A stretch of 64,000 bases of DNA from Dimorphilus gyrociliatus (GCA_904063045.1 CAJFCJ010000001.1:2604001-2668000), one strand, 5' to 3'. Counted from the first letter of the stretch, positions 25,646-39,213 are shown. A program made the numbers and translations. Notes: generated from the letters alone by a model not told the origin.

Positions 25646-28239
25646 ATGGTCGCAACAAGAGAATCCGAAAAGTAAGTTAAACATGAAATTCTAAAATGAA
25701 CATTCTATAATTTATTCAAAAACGACAACGTAAATATCAATATTATTATAAGCATTTGTAAAAATATGAGTATAATACTTAATTACCATAAATATTTTAA
25801 GCCTATTATTGAACTGGAAAAAACTTCAGCATATATCCCTTTAAGTATAGAAAAGAGATTCTGGAGATAATAGCCTTAATGAATACAGAATCTAACTAAA
25901 CAAGATAACAGATAAAAACTTATAAATGCAATACTTTTCATATTAAAGAAGAAGGAAACTAAATGAACTTATATAATAAAAGTTCGAAATTTAGTACATT
26001 TAACGTTTTTCTCCTTGTCATACTTGTCTTCCATATTTCATTGTCCACTTTTTCTTCCCTACAATTACTTGGAGATTTAATTAAATTTTAATTCTTTTCT
26101 TTCCTTCCAGGGCTGACATTGCCCTAATTGGATTGGCTGTTATGGGCCAAAATTTAATTCTGAATATGAATGATCGCGGTTTTGTTGTAAGTTCCTATTC
26201 AATATTTAATACTAATTATATGGCCCCACTTGACACACATTTGCTAAAAATAAAAATAGTAATTTGTCCATGAATTATACATAGGTATGCGCGTACAATA
26301 GAACTGTTGAAAAGGTTGATAAATTTTTGTCTAATGAGGCAAAAGGGACGAAAGTAATTGGGGCTAAATCTTTAGAGGTAATAACAATCTTATGAGTATT
26401 CAATGATGGATGTCCTTTTATCCTTTTGTCTAATTGTCACAAGGATATGGTAAAAAAGCTAAAGAAACCTAGAAAAGTTATGATGCTTGTTAAAGCCGGA
26501 TCAGCTGTTGATGATTTTATAGAGAAATTAGTATGTCATTTCGTTCATCTTCTTCGCTTACTAATTGATTCCCTCTTCGTATTCTCTTAGATACCGCTTC
26601 TCGAGAAAGGAGATATTATCATTGACGGTGGAAATTCAGAGTATAACGATTCTATTGTAAGAGTTTTTATAGTTGTTAAAATACTTTATAAATCATCGAA
26701 CGTTTTGAAGAAAGCATTAATTTTTTTTATCTTTTCATATTCTTAACATGTATAGAGAAGATCTCAATACTTAGAGAAGAAAGGTTTACTGTTTGTTGGA
26801 AGTGGTGTGAGTGGAGGAGAGGATGGCGCTCGTTATGGTCCATCACTAATGCCCGGTGGATCTGAGCAAGCTTGGTTAAATTTATTTACATATGTTTTTT
26901 TTTTATAATCGTAAAAATCTTTCCGTTCATAGGCCTCATATCAAGGATATTTTCCAATCTATTTGCGCTAGAGTCGATCAGGAACCCTGTTGCGATTGGG
27001 TTGGAGAACAAGGGGCGGGTCATTTTGTAAAGATGGTACACAATGGTATTGAATACGGTGATATGCAATTAATTTGCGAGGCCTATGATCTCTTAAAATC
27101 TTCATTGGGGATGCCAAGCGACGAAATAGGAAAGGTTTTTGAGAAATGGAATAAAACAGAATTAGATTCATTTCTTATGGAAATAACAGCTGAAATACTT
27201 CAATTTAGGGATAGTAAAGGTGAAATTTTGGTGGAAAAAATTCGGGACAAAGCAGGTCAAAAAGGTACTGGAAAATGGACTGGTATAACAGCTTTAGATT
27301 GCGGTGTTCCGCTCACTCTTATCGGTAGGTTAGAATTGATTTCATTCTAGGTCTTCACATTTTTCAATATATTTCAATCGGTAGCCGAGGCCGTTTTTGC
27401 CAGGTGCCTCTCCTCCTTGAAGGATGAAAGAGTTGAAGCAAGCAAACAGTTACATGGACCTAACAATAATTATACAGGCGATAAGGGAGCATTTATTGAG
27501 GATGTGAGAAAGGTAATCAGGAATGATAAATGATCATTAGAAAAAAACAAACTGTATTTTGATAACATTTTCAGGCCCTATATGCTTCAAAAATTATTTC
27601 CTACGCCCAGGGTTTTATGCTAATGAGGCAAGTTGCCAAAGATCAAAATTGGAGATTAAATATGGGCGGAATAGCATTAATGTGGAGGGGTGGATGCATA
27701 ATTAGAAGGTGATTTTAATACCTTATTGAAACGATAATAATAGAAATGTCGAGCTATCCATTTTAGCGTTTTCCTTGGAGACATCAAAAGAGCTTTTGAT
27801 AGCAATCCCAACCTTCAAAATTTAATACTAGACGATTTCTTTAAGGATGCATTACATGCATGCCAGGTTAGCTTATGTCTTTTATATAAGCTTTTTGACA
27901 CGATTTTCGTAAAAAAAAAAATACCTTTTATTAGTCATCATGGCGTAAAGTTGTAAGTACTGCAGCTATATTGGGTATTCCAACTCCAGCCTTTAGTACT
28001 GCATTAGCGTTTTTTGATGGTTACAGAAATAGTCGGCTACCAGCCAATTTAATTCAGGTAAAGTTTTTTTATCTGATTTTTATATTCATTAAGGCTTTTT
28101 GAAATGTTATTTTTTTTAGGCTCAAAGAGATTATTTCGGAGCGCATACATACGAACTGTTATCAACGCCAGGCCAATTTATTCATACAAACTGGACTGGG
28201 CACGGTGGAAAGATTTCATCATCAACCTACAATGCTTAA
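25646..28239 (+). CDS. PGD: 6-phosphogluconate dehydrogenase, decarboxylating
   Basis: [89 protein letters not shown] and C-terminal HTNWTGHGG...SSSTYNA*. Confidence 0.97.
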
Positions 28240-28450
28240 AAAAGTTAATCCAATAACAAAGAATTTTTTTTTTAGTAGCTCAGAGTAACTTAACAATATA
28301 GTTTGACAGTGAATTAACGTCTGCACTCTTGACTATTTCAATTACAATGAAGAAGTTTAATTGTAGTTACTGCTTGAAACTATATTTACACAAATAATTT
28401 CTTTTTCCTGATTGTAAAGAAAGTAACCTTATATTTACTTAAATATAAAA

Positions 28451-31400
28451 TTATTTCTTTTTTGATAACGTCCTCTGCTTTTCAGCAAATTGAACTAATT
28501 GTTCATCAGTTTTCAATCCTTTTCTTTTCCTTACTCGATTCATATAATTTCTTGCCAGATTTTCGCTATCTGCTTTATCACCGAAATGCATGTATTCTTC
28601 CTCAGTTGTTGGAACCCAGTTGGGATCCATTTCAAGAGCCTCCCAATGACTAAACCGAAGTTGAGGCAAAGCTGAACCGGATGTTTTCTTTCGTATCTCC
28701 TCAGCAAATCCGAAAGATTCAACAACTGGCAATAGAGCGTTCACTTGAAAGACATCGGTTCCCTCTTTCATATCATCGGATAAGATTCTACCATATCTCT
28801 TAGACAGTACTCCGTACATTTTTCCAAGTGCCTCTGCAGAACATAATATTGAACACTCGTACATGGCCACCATTAACCTTTGCGGCTGAATTTCAAATGC
28901 TTTCCTGAAAACATTTCTCATAGCAGTCATAACTCGACCAGCCGAGTATTTATCTTCAACTATTTCCCATTCTTCAACAATAAACGCTACACCATGCATG
29001 GGTTCACCACACAATGGTCCCGCAGATGTTGCCATCTCAAAACCCGAAACTATCGAATTATCGTAATCTCTCAATTTAGAAACCTTTCCAGCAAATACTG
29101 ATTCTCTTTCATAGTTTGAAATTTTGTTAAACAGAATATTTGGACCGCATTTGCGTGGGCCAAAAGCCCAAATATTATTGCAATTGAAACCTTCTTCTTT
29201 CAACGACCCATCTAATGAGGATTTGACACTTTCTATAACTTCAGCGCTGGTCTTTCCTGAGTTTAATAATCGAAGAACATTTCTCTTCTCTTCTAGAATC
29301 TGAACAGTTTTTAATTCTAGGGGCTTAGCCCTCACTGTTACGGTAAAAAATTCATCCGAATACGTTACTCGGTCGTTAGAAATAACAATTTTTTCTTCGG
29401 GTTCGTCATTTCCCGAATCATTATCTTCTTTTTTAAGTTCTGATTCAGTTTTGAGTACACTTTTCTTTTGATCTTTCAATGATTCGTTAACCATGTCAAT
29501 TTCAGGTGGAATAACAATAGTTTCTCTAAATGGTACTATTGGAGAAGAAACGGTAACTTTTATCTTTGCGTATTTATTTTCAAGATCATCGATACATTTC
29601 CGAAGGTGAACTTCTCCTGCGGTTAACAATAGATTTTCTCCCGTCGACTCGTGAATTACTTGAATACAAGAATCCGATTGCTCTAAAAGTTTAAGGCCAC
29701 TAATCATTTTTGACATATCGTAAGGGTTTTCTGGTTCAATAGCAACTCTCACGATAGGTGGAGATTCTGCGTATACTTCGGTAAATGCCGGACAGAACGG
29801 TGTTGAAGAAATAGTAGCACTTTTAATAATACTATCACTTAAACCGGCTATACCAAATACACTCCCAGCTTTAGCTTCACTAAGGTTTTCAAGTTCCCTT
29901 CCCATTAACAAATATAAATTTCCAACTTTTACTTTAGGTATTCCACTAAAATCTTCTGTACCTACTTGAGGGTTATGTCTAGGTCCTAATACCAGTACTT
30001 CATCTCCTTTACGAAGAGTTCCACTATAAATTCTAGCAAAAGCAATAAATTCCTCGTCCAGTTCAACATCTGGAATTGTTTGCGATTCATTATTCGTTTC
30101 CTCTTTATTAGTATTATTAGTTTCTCCTTTCTGACTTTCAATTCCGATAGTTTGCGATTCCAGTTTATTTAATAATCCTTCCATGTGCCTTTTTCTTGCG
30201 GCTTCTCTTTTAGCAGCAATTTCTTCGGTAGTCAAAAGTCTAATATTTAATTAATTAAGTTAGTGAATTACTAATAATATTGTAAATACTTTAGTATATT
30301 TACCGTGGTTTATTTTCTGGTAGAAATTTCTTTTCTATTGGTACGATCTTTGAAACAAAAACTATTAACGGTGCAGTTTTCTCGTTTGAAGAACAAGAAA
30401 TAAGATCTATTAAAATTAAATATAGTTAACATATTAATATTTATAAAAAAAGAAACAGTTTCAACCGTTGTAAAGAAGCTTCGTTTCTGGTAGAAGGCAA
30501 TCAAAGGATTTATTATAACCAGCGAGAAAATTTTTTATCCTCTCCGGTACTAATTGAAGAGGACTCGGTAGTTTTTCTACAGTCATTCCTGTCAAAAAAT
30601 AGTTTTTTATGGCATTAACGATAAGTTTCTTTCAAAAATAAAAAGTAGACGTTTTACTTAGCACAGCTCTTGAAATAGGTAGCCAAGCAGATAGTATGGC
30701 GTTAAGTTTTATTTTACAATCTTTATGGTTAGCCTCTCTTGTATTAACTTTTAAATTCAACGATTTAATAACTTTCTCAACCAATTCTTGATCTCTATAA
30801 ATAAAAAATGTTATTTTAAACATAATACAATAGATAAGAATAAGTTTCGTATTTACTTTTTAACTAAAACTGCTTCGTAAATGGTCCACAAATTATCTAA
30901 AACCACTTGAACAAACATCGGCTTTTTTCCTTTAGTTATGGCACCTTTTTTTATTGTTTTTGTCTTTGAATCGAAATAATAATCTCCCCATAAAGTTTTA
31001 AGAAGTGCATTCTTATTCATTCCTAATTTTTTTGATAGTACTTCGGTAAACTCAAAGATACTGTTAAATTACATAGTTAGATAGATAAGAGATTATTTTT
31101 ATGCTTATAAAGTATTTAACCTAAATCCCCATGTATCAGTTGCACTAGCAAAAATTACGTTTCCTTTTTCTGGACCAAAATATATATTTTCATCGTCTAC
31201 ATCTTCTAATCCTGAACTCCAATCGAATACGCCATCTTTCGAGTTGCCATTGGATAATTGAGCTTTTTCCATAACGTTCGAGGCAAATAATTGACCAACG
31301 ATAGCATTTACGTTCTCTAATATTCGTTTTAGTCTTCCGTATGCTTCCATTGGTGACATTTTCAATTCTGTGATAAGCCTATCAATCTTATTTAAAACGA

Positions 31401-31974
31401 GTATAGGGGTAATCTTCTCTATATAAGCCTTCAAAAAATATCACAAAAAAACCAAGTTTAATTAACTGAAAAGTAAATGAAAGGGTTTTCTTACTTGACG
31501 TAAAACGGCCGTTGTTTGAGGACAAACTCCTTCAACAACGTCAACTATAAGAATAGCTCCATCACATAGTCTAATAGCAGTTGAAACTTCACTGGAAAAG
31601 TCTATATGACCAGGAGAATCTATGATGTTTATTAAGTATTTATCACTACTAGCTTCTTCAGTTTCAGAGAAACATAAAGAAATTGAGCTAGATTTCATAG
31701 TTATTCCCCTAATCTGTTCATCTTCTCTACTATCCATATATCGTAACTAAACATTTTTTAAAACCTTTATTAATAAATATCAATAATTCTGATTTACATT
31801 TATATTTATACAAACCTTGCCAGCCATTCTTGATGATATAATTCCATTACTAGCAATTAAAGTATCAACTAGAGTAGTCTTTCCATGATCAACGTGTGCC
31901 AAAACACACAAATTTCTTATTCTTTCCGGGTTATCTTGTAATCTTTCCAGTTGTGCCCCAGTTAGTTGCCTCAT
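28451..31974 (-). CDS. EFL1: Elongation factor-like GTPase 1 (EFTUD1/Ria1)
   Basis: [70 protein letters not shown] and C-terminal QLRFSHWE...RKRKGL...[10 protein letters not shown]. Confidence 0.96.
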
Positions 31975-32494
31975 TTTGAAGCTAATGAAAAGAATTGAAT
32001 GTAATCGTTTCTTTATCAACGTTTAAATACAGATCATAATATAAATCTATCCAAATTCTCAATAAAAATTAGAAAATTGGCAAAGATTATGTAATACATC
32101 TATAAAATCGAAACAGAATGTAGAATAAATTTAATACGAATTTAAAAAACCACATAAAAATAAGTTCATTTAATACAATAATAATATAATAATAAAACAT
32201 CTTACTAGTTGAATTATGATAAATTACGAAGTTAATTAAAGAGAAGTTGAGTGGTCAGTTTGAGTTGAGAATATATATATCGAAGAGGCTCTAAGAAAAA
32301 AATGATTGCGAAACATGCGCTCAACAACTTGTGAAATAGCAGTCTCCTGCTATGAACACAAAAACTGGCCAGATGAAATATGTTCACTGAATTTCTGTTT
32401 AATACTTCAATTTTCGTATTTAATATTTACTATAACAGGTTTTTCTTTAATAGTATGCCGCTCTGTTAGCGAACAAAGAGAGAACTGGTTTGTG

Positions 32495-32504
32495 GTCACG
32501 TGAC
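32495..32504. promoter_or_regulatory. Perfect palindromic E-box GTCACGTGAC (USF/MiT-TFE type) in the EFL1/TXNDC16 divergent promoter
   Basis: Read directly between head-to-head start codons at 31974 and 32677. Confidence 0.5.
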
Positions 32505-32539
32505 TGCACAATTACTGCTGAAAAGCGGTTTGATCGCCT

Positions 32540-32551
32540 GCTACAATTCCC
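32540..32551 (+). promoter_or_regulatory. (A/G)CTACAATTCCC motif (ZNF143/THAP11-associated type)
   Basis: GCTACAATTCCC matches the ACTACAnnTCCC promoter motif at all but the first base; about 35 nt from the E-box. Confidence 0.4.
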
Positions 32552-32676
32552 GTCTTTAGCATATGGTGCAGCAATCTCAAAAAGAGCGGAGACATAAAAT
32601 ATTCACATAAGGAAGAAGCACAATTTTACTAAGTCTTTAGTATAATCAAAAAAAGCTATTTGCTGTTTGCCTTTCT

Positions 32677-35600
32677 ATGGTCACAAAAATGGTTAAATTC
32701 AATATTTTCAACGTGCTTTTTGTTTTCGTGTTTGCTCTTTCTATCATGATTTCAAGTAATCAAAAAGTTGAAAATCATCGATTTGAAATAACTCAATTAA
32801 AGACGAAAACAGAGTATAAAAATTTCATACAACAAAGCCTGACTACTGTTTTATATGTCCTAGTAAATTCTGGTAAGTATAGAAATAGAATACAGGTGAT
32901 TTTAAATATAATAAAATGCTTCAAAGATAATATCGAAGCTGACTTAAATATTCTAAACGAAAGATTCTCCGAAGCTATTCAAGAGCTAAATAATTTCAAA
33001 GCTGATTTTGCAGTTGTACGTAAAAATTGATTGCAAATGCTTTAATTTCTTTTTTCATTTATCATTTAATTAATTAAAAAATGTTTAATATTTCATAAAG
33101 TTAATATGTAAAGAAGCTAAAGTAGCACTTTGTTCAAAAAAAACTGAAAACTTCTTTCAAACCTTTGAGTAAGTTTATTAAAAATTCATTTCAATGTTAC
33201 TATTGAAAATTCATCTCAATATTACTATTGAAAATGATTTGCTATCCCTCTTTAGCGATGGAAGCAAATTGTTAGAGTTTATGTCGGCCGATATCTTCGA
33301 TTATAATTCTCTTTTAGCCCATACTTTACAGTTTGTATTTTTTTAAATATATTTTAATAATTGATAATTAATTAATTAACTATTTCTTCAAAAATACTCT
33401 AGGTTAGTTCTTCTAGAAAAAGTACCAATTGTACAGAGTAGTGAAGAATTAGAAAAGATTCAAAATTTTTCTCCGGATAAAGATTCTGTTCTTGTTTATT
33501 TAAGTAAAATTGGAACTTTCGATCATTTACTCTTTCTTAAAGCTGCTTATGAATTTATTGATAAACCATTGAGATTTATTGCCACTACAACTCCCTCTGT
33601 TGTTTATAAATTGCAAGATAGCGATAGATCGAGTACTCAATTATACTTTTTTCAATGTATACACAAAGATTGCGTTGAATCTAGAGTCTTCTTGAGCTTA
33701 CAATACTTGTCAAGCTTTTGCCAAAGAGTTTTGGATGATCATGAAATGAACTATGTAAGAAGTATCCCATCTCTATGATCCATAATCCTGATTCTCAATT
33801 CTTAATCCATTTAGCTTGATACTAAAGATTCACTTCACGAAACAATGACACCTTATGATCCATCGATGTACCATATTCTTCTTATCTATAGCTCAGATGT
33901 TGGAGAACAAAAAGCCCAAATATCACAATTGGGAAAGGCTCTAGAAGAACGATTTTACGGCCAAGTTACACTCTACGTTCATGATAGGTAGGATTATTTT
34001 AACCTCGATTTAAACCGTTTGACAATTAGTTTCTATTTCTAGCTCAAAGCGAACAGTATACGACTTTGGTTTAGAAATTGACGATTCGAATTTTCCTAAG
34101 CCTTGCCTTGTTTTTCCCGGAGATGATGTATTAATCACATACACAAAATTTAACCGAGTCGTTTAATTGAATGATTAAAATCACTAGGTTGAATACGATA
34201 AATTATGCTTCAACGATCAATTCGACCACGACGATGCATTTCTAGAGTGTATTGGTTTTATTAAAGAAGTTTATCTAAAAATTCATAAATACGACGACCT
34301 TGAACAAAAACTTCAAAGGCGTCCCGAAACTGACGAAGGTTAAACAATATTGTATAAAATATAGAAGAAAAACCCTATGCAATATCTTATCTAATAATTA
34401 AAATTTTAATAGATAAATTAGCTAAAGAGGTTGTGACTGAAGATGATCCAATTATGTTGGAATTGAAAGAACTAGAGAAAACTGATCCTATTGATAAATC
34501 AAGTTTACTTGTTTTAACAAGGAAGACTTTCTACGAGCTGAAACAAGAAAGCGACTTTCTAGTAGTACTCTTCTTCTTAGAAGGTACAATATTTTATACT
34601 GAAAATATATTGATAGGTCTTTCTAATCTATTTATTAAAAAAATTATAGTTGATGTAAGGAGTAAAGCATCCCTCAGACACTATTCAAAAGCTGCAAAAC
34701 AGATGAAATATCGAAAATTAGCTATAATCGATTGTTACGATTGGACATATACGTGCAGAGATGAGAAAATTACGTCATATCCACAAATAAGAATATATAG
34801 AAATCAAAAAGAAATTCAATATAAAGGTTCATTAACAGAAGAAGCCATATTACAAGCAGTTTATATGTAATTCTTATTTCTTTTTCTCCTATTTTTTGCA
34901 ATAGTTTTACTAATTGAATTGAAAATATTTTAGGTATGGCATTAAAAGTCCTATGCGTTTAACGACGAGAGAAGAAGTTGACGAGTTTGCAATGGGACAA
35001 CTACACAAATTTTCACACATATGTGTTCTAGGAATATTCAATAGCGATAATTCACCATACGTTGAAGAGTATAAATCTTTGGCTATTGAATATGAAAAGA
35101 ATATATTATTTGCTTTTATCATTGAAAATAACAATGAGATGTTGGTTTTATTTAATTAGATATTTTATTCTGTTATTTTCTCTTATTACGTTTATTACTT
35201 TTGAAACACAGCTCTAAAGTATTTAATACTCAAAGTCCAGCCGTAATCGTATTTAATAGGAATGATGGATGGCGTAAAAGAATGATAATTAACAGATACG
35301 ATATTGACGGTTCACTTAAGAAATTTATGATTAAAAACTTTCGAGATGCTGTACAGGAAATTACGATTACAAATTTTCCGGTTTTAAGATACGAAAAAAA
35401 ACCTTTTTTGATACTCTTTACAAGAAACGAAAAGGCTAAATACGATAATGAGAAATTTAAGGCACTTGGTGATATTTCATTCTCCAATAAAGTTGATGAG
35501 ATAATTATTTCATGGATGGATACGTTAGCTTCATTAAATTCTATTTAAATAAAATTTAGTATATTCTTTTCTATATTTATATTTTAACAGAAATCAGAAG

Positions 35601-36125
35601 TTATCGCAAAAAATACTATCAGCCTATCTAAATGGTAGCAAAGAAGAGTTCGACCAAGATAGCTCCTATTTATTCTACGTGGACTTTAATAAACAATTTG
35701 TTTATAGATATACTAGCGCAGTAAAGGAGGATCCATTAATTGAATGGCTAGGCAAAGTCAGACAAGAGTTGATTGAACCATATTGTATGAATTATTATAA
35801 TTTTCATATGTATTGCTATTGTTAGGTTAAAGATTCTTTTTTTATTCATTTTTAAAGATACCATGACTAACAAGACATGGTTACCACTTCATCCAGGATT
35901 CGATTATCTTTCGATGATATTTAAGGAGAAGCGACAAGAATTATCACGTAATTAGAATGTTAATTAATAGTAATCGCTGTAAAGCTTATATTCTTATGAA
36001 TATTCATAGAAACACTGGAGAGCATAAACTCAAAAAATCAAGATATCAATTACGACGAAATGCAACAAGAAGTTGCTCACCAAAATAACTTGGAAGAAAT
36101 ATCTCACAAACATACAGAGTTATAA
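32677..36125 (+). CDS. TXNDC16: ER thioredoxin-fold protein TXNDC16/ERp90-like
   Basis: Signal-like N-terminus and several redox-inactive thioredoxin-like segments. IDCYDWTYTCRDEKITSYPQIRIY resembles the recalled TXNDC16 INCADWSDVC...FP.I..Y. Last exon 36010-36125 ends ...HKHTEL*. Confidence 0.72.
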
Positions 36126-36189
36126 AAAACGTTTTCATATTACTTAAATACAGAAAAGCTAACCATGCTTTTCCATTAGATACTCCTCT

Positions 36190-36510
36190 AACCTCTAACC
36201 AAGAAAAAAAGCTACTTTCCTCTCTTATCATATTAGAAGAGGACTCGGTAGTTTTTTCCTACAATTTTTATACATGTTTTTAGTTTAGTGTTAACTTTCT
36301 TTGAAAATTATAAAATTACTGCCAAACTTTACATCAGGTATGAATTGATAGAATCAAAGTTCTATTTGGTAAATCATTATCCCGCTGTTGTGTTAACCGT
36401 TAAATTTAATAAACCTATAAACTATAATTATGAATATAATAAACGTTATTTTCAATCTTTAAGAATAAAGAATATTTGAAAGTTCGTATTTACTTATTAA
36501 TTAAAACCGA
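36190..36510 (-). pseudogene. Decayed intron-containing partial duplicate of EFL1 (copy of about 30510-30872)
   Basis: Collinear matches: GAAGAGGACTCGGTAGTTTTT (36236-36256 = 30556-30576); TTGTGTTAACCGTTAAATTTAA vs TTGTATTAACTTTTAAATTCAA; AGTTCGTATTTACTTATTAATTAAAAC vs AGTTTCGTATTTACTTTTTAACTAAAAC. The KKLPSPL frame is followed by stops. Confidence 0.75.
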
Positions 36511-37230
36511 AAGTACCCTTTTTTCATCAATCAATTCTAGCTAAAAAAAGAACAAATTTTCCATGGAGGAAATTAGTTTATCAGCTAAGAATGTACTTAA
36601 AAAAAAGGCCTAGCTGACAATATTAGAATTTAAATACATGTAACAAATATGATCTATAAATGGGTATTTATGAATATTTTAAAACCTCTTAATCTTTAAC
36701 CTTAATCGAAAAATGGGAAAGGGAGACGAGTGTTCCAGAAAAGAAACCGTGTCCATATATACAAGTATATACAAATAATTTTAACGAGAATAGATCAAAC
36801 TAATGCATTTTTTTTTATAAGTAAATCAATAAATCTTTCCAAGGAGCATAAGGAATAAATAACAATACTCTTTTTTCATTTGTCTAAAAGATTTTGTATA
36901 TATTTAAAGAAATTCTATCTGGGGAAACCAAAAGCGATTCAAGTATCAATACTCAACTGTAAACTCCCCCTACATCTTCGTTCTTTTTGTCTTTGTCTCT
37001 CCCGTTATCTAATTTCTGTCTTTCTGTCTCTCTTCCTCTCTTTTTGTCTCTCCATCTTCAAATTCAAACGTGTATGTTCTTTTGTTTCTATTCTTCCCTT
37101 AATCTAGCTCTCTTCATTGGAATTGAAAACCTATCATTTCTTTTTATATTAAGAGATTGATAACCTTAAATTAAGCTTCCTATTGGCAATCTCAAAAGTA
37201 TTTTTAAACGCCTATAAAACGAAAAATTAG

Positions 37231-37294
37231 CTATCTTCTTAAGAAGAAGAGTATGTATCTTAAGAAGATAGATAATATATACCTTCTTAAGAAG
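37231..37294. repeat. Cluster of CTTAAG-centred palindromes forming a 14-bp perfect hairpin
   Basis: CTATCTTCTTAAGA (37231-37244) is the reverse complement of TCTTAAGAAGATAG (37258-37271). A third unit CTTCTTAAGAAG is at 37283-37294. Confidence 0.7.
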
Positions 37295-37746
37295 AAAATC
37301 TCCATCAAAATTAGTCAAAATAAAGAAGAAAGACTTCTTAGAAAGGTAACATTTTTCTTCTCTGTTTTTTTATAATTCGATTACCATCTTAATTATACTA
37401 AATATCTATAAAATTGTACTCCTAACATTGATCACGTGATGTGGATATATTTTAATTAGGCCTTGTGAAACTTTTTATTGGCATAAGTAGAGTATTTATA
37501 TTATAACAATTGTTTTTTGACATTGCAAATTTCCTATGTCTATTTTTTATGTAAGAATATATTACATAGGTACATATAAAATAACCTAATTTATGAATAT
37601 TCATAAAAGGAAGTAGGCTTATAACCAAGAAATATTCTATAATACATGCTTTTCTCATCGTTCACTTCAGATAGAAATCTCGCTGTTTAAAAAAGAAAAA
37701 AAAGGACTAAAAAAAAAGTATAAAAAAGAAAGAAAGAAAAAATTTT

Positions 37747-38824
37747 ATGCTAGAAATTATGTCTGAAAATAGTAAAATGCAGTTAACACCAATAGATATT
37801 ATCAGGAAAAGTGCAGGTTATTTAGCTGGAGTTTGTGGAGGTAGATAGTAATATAAAAATTCTTTTATTCTTAATACGATAATTAACTCTCTAAGGATGT
37901 GCTGGATTAGTGTTTGGACATCCTTTTGATACTATTAAAGTACGACAACAGACCTTAGGAGGTAGTTGTGGTACAATAGCAAATTGCTTAAAAATATCAC
38001 TTACCATTGAAGGAGTAAGAATTGAAAAATTTCGCTTTGCTTTTTCGTTTAATTTAATACTTTTCTCCAATCTTTCTATTCTGTTGACTTAGCCAAGAGG
38101 ATTGTTTAAAGGATTAGCATTTCCGCTAGTGTCTGTTGGACTATTGAATGGTTTGTTTTTTGGAGTCTATGGGAACATAAGACCATTTGTTGGAAATACT
38201 TACTCCGATATGTTTATCGCTGGAGGAATAGCTGGAGCCGTTCAGGGAATACCCGGATGCACAATCGAATTAATAAAAGTTAAACTTCAGAGTCAAATGG
38301 GTTGGTAGAAATTTTAACAAGTTAAATCTTATAGTGTATTCTATCTATTTAATTAATTTTCAGGAGGTAAAAATCGTTATCAAGGACCATATGATTGTTT
38401 TCGTAAAATATATATGGAATACGGTATACGCGGCTGCTTTAAAGGACTGCCCGCTACAATTTGTAGAGAAGTGATTGGTTTCGGAATATATATTACAACA
38501 TACGAGGCATTGTGCAAGTATGGAACACCAGAGGGACACCAACAAACTCCGATTAGAGTGATGCTAATTGCTGGAGGTTTGGGAGGAGTTTTTTCATGGA
38601 TTGGAAATATACCAATGGATATAATTAAAAATCGTCTTCAAGCAGATGATATGAAATCTCCTACGTATAGAAACTCATGGCATTGTATAGTAGCCAGTTT
38701 TAAGAAAGACGGAGCAAGAGTATTTTGGAAAGGCTTACCGATTACCTGTATAAGAGCGTTTCCCGTAAATGCTGTAACATTTGCAGTTTATTCCCAATCG
38801 TTTGCAGCAATTCAAAGACTGTAG
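37747..38824 (+). CDS. Mitochondrial carrier, SLC25A29/A45/A48 (basic amino acid/carnitine-type) subfamily
   Basis: Three carrier repeats: GHPFDTIKVRQQ, ELIKVKLQSQ, IPMDIIKNRLQAD, plus FKGLAFPLVSVG and RAFPVNAVTF. Four exons. Confidence 0.85.
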
Positions 38825-39213
38825 AAGATATATTAAGTTAGCTTTTTTATTATAAAGCTATGCGATAAAAAAAAATCTCATTGATTTATTAACCTTATTT
38901 TTGGACGAAGCGTTGTATTTATTATATATTTTCAACGTTCCAGAGTGTCCGTCGTATAAATTGCGGATATTCCGCAGCTAATTTGTTACTTTTTGCTGAA
39001 GAGGCACAATCATTAAGATCATTGTCGTTTCCATTCATATTTAGCGAAGAGTATTTATCTTTTTGTAAAAGATAATTAAAGACTATAATTACGATAGAAT
39101 AAGTGATAAAAAAATTAATTATTTAAATAAATGAATGTTTATTAATAAAATAAACAAAAACAAACAAATTTATTGAAATAGTAGTTTTTATTTTTGTTTA
39201 AAAGTTTTATTAT

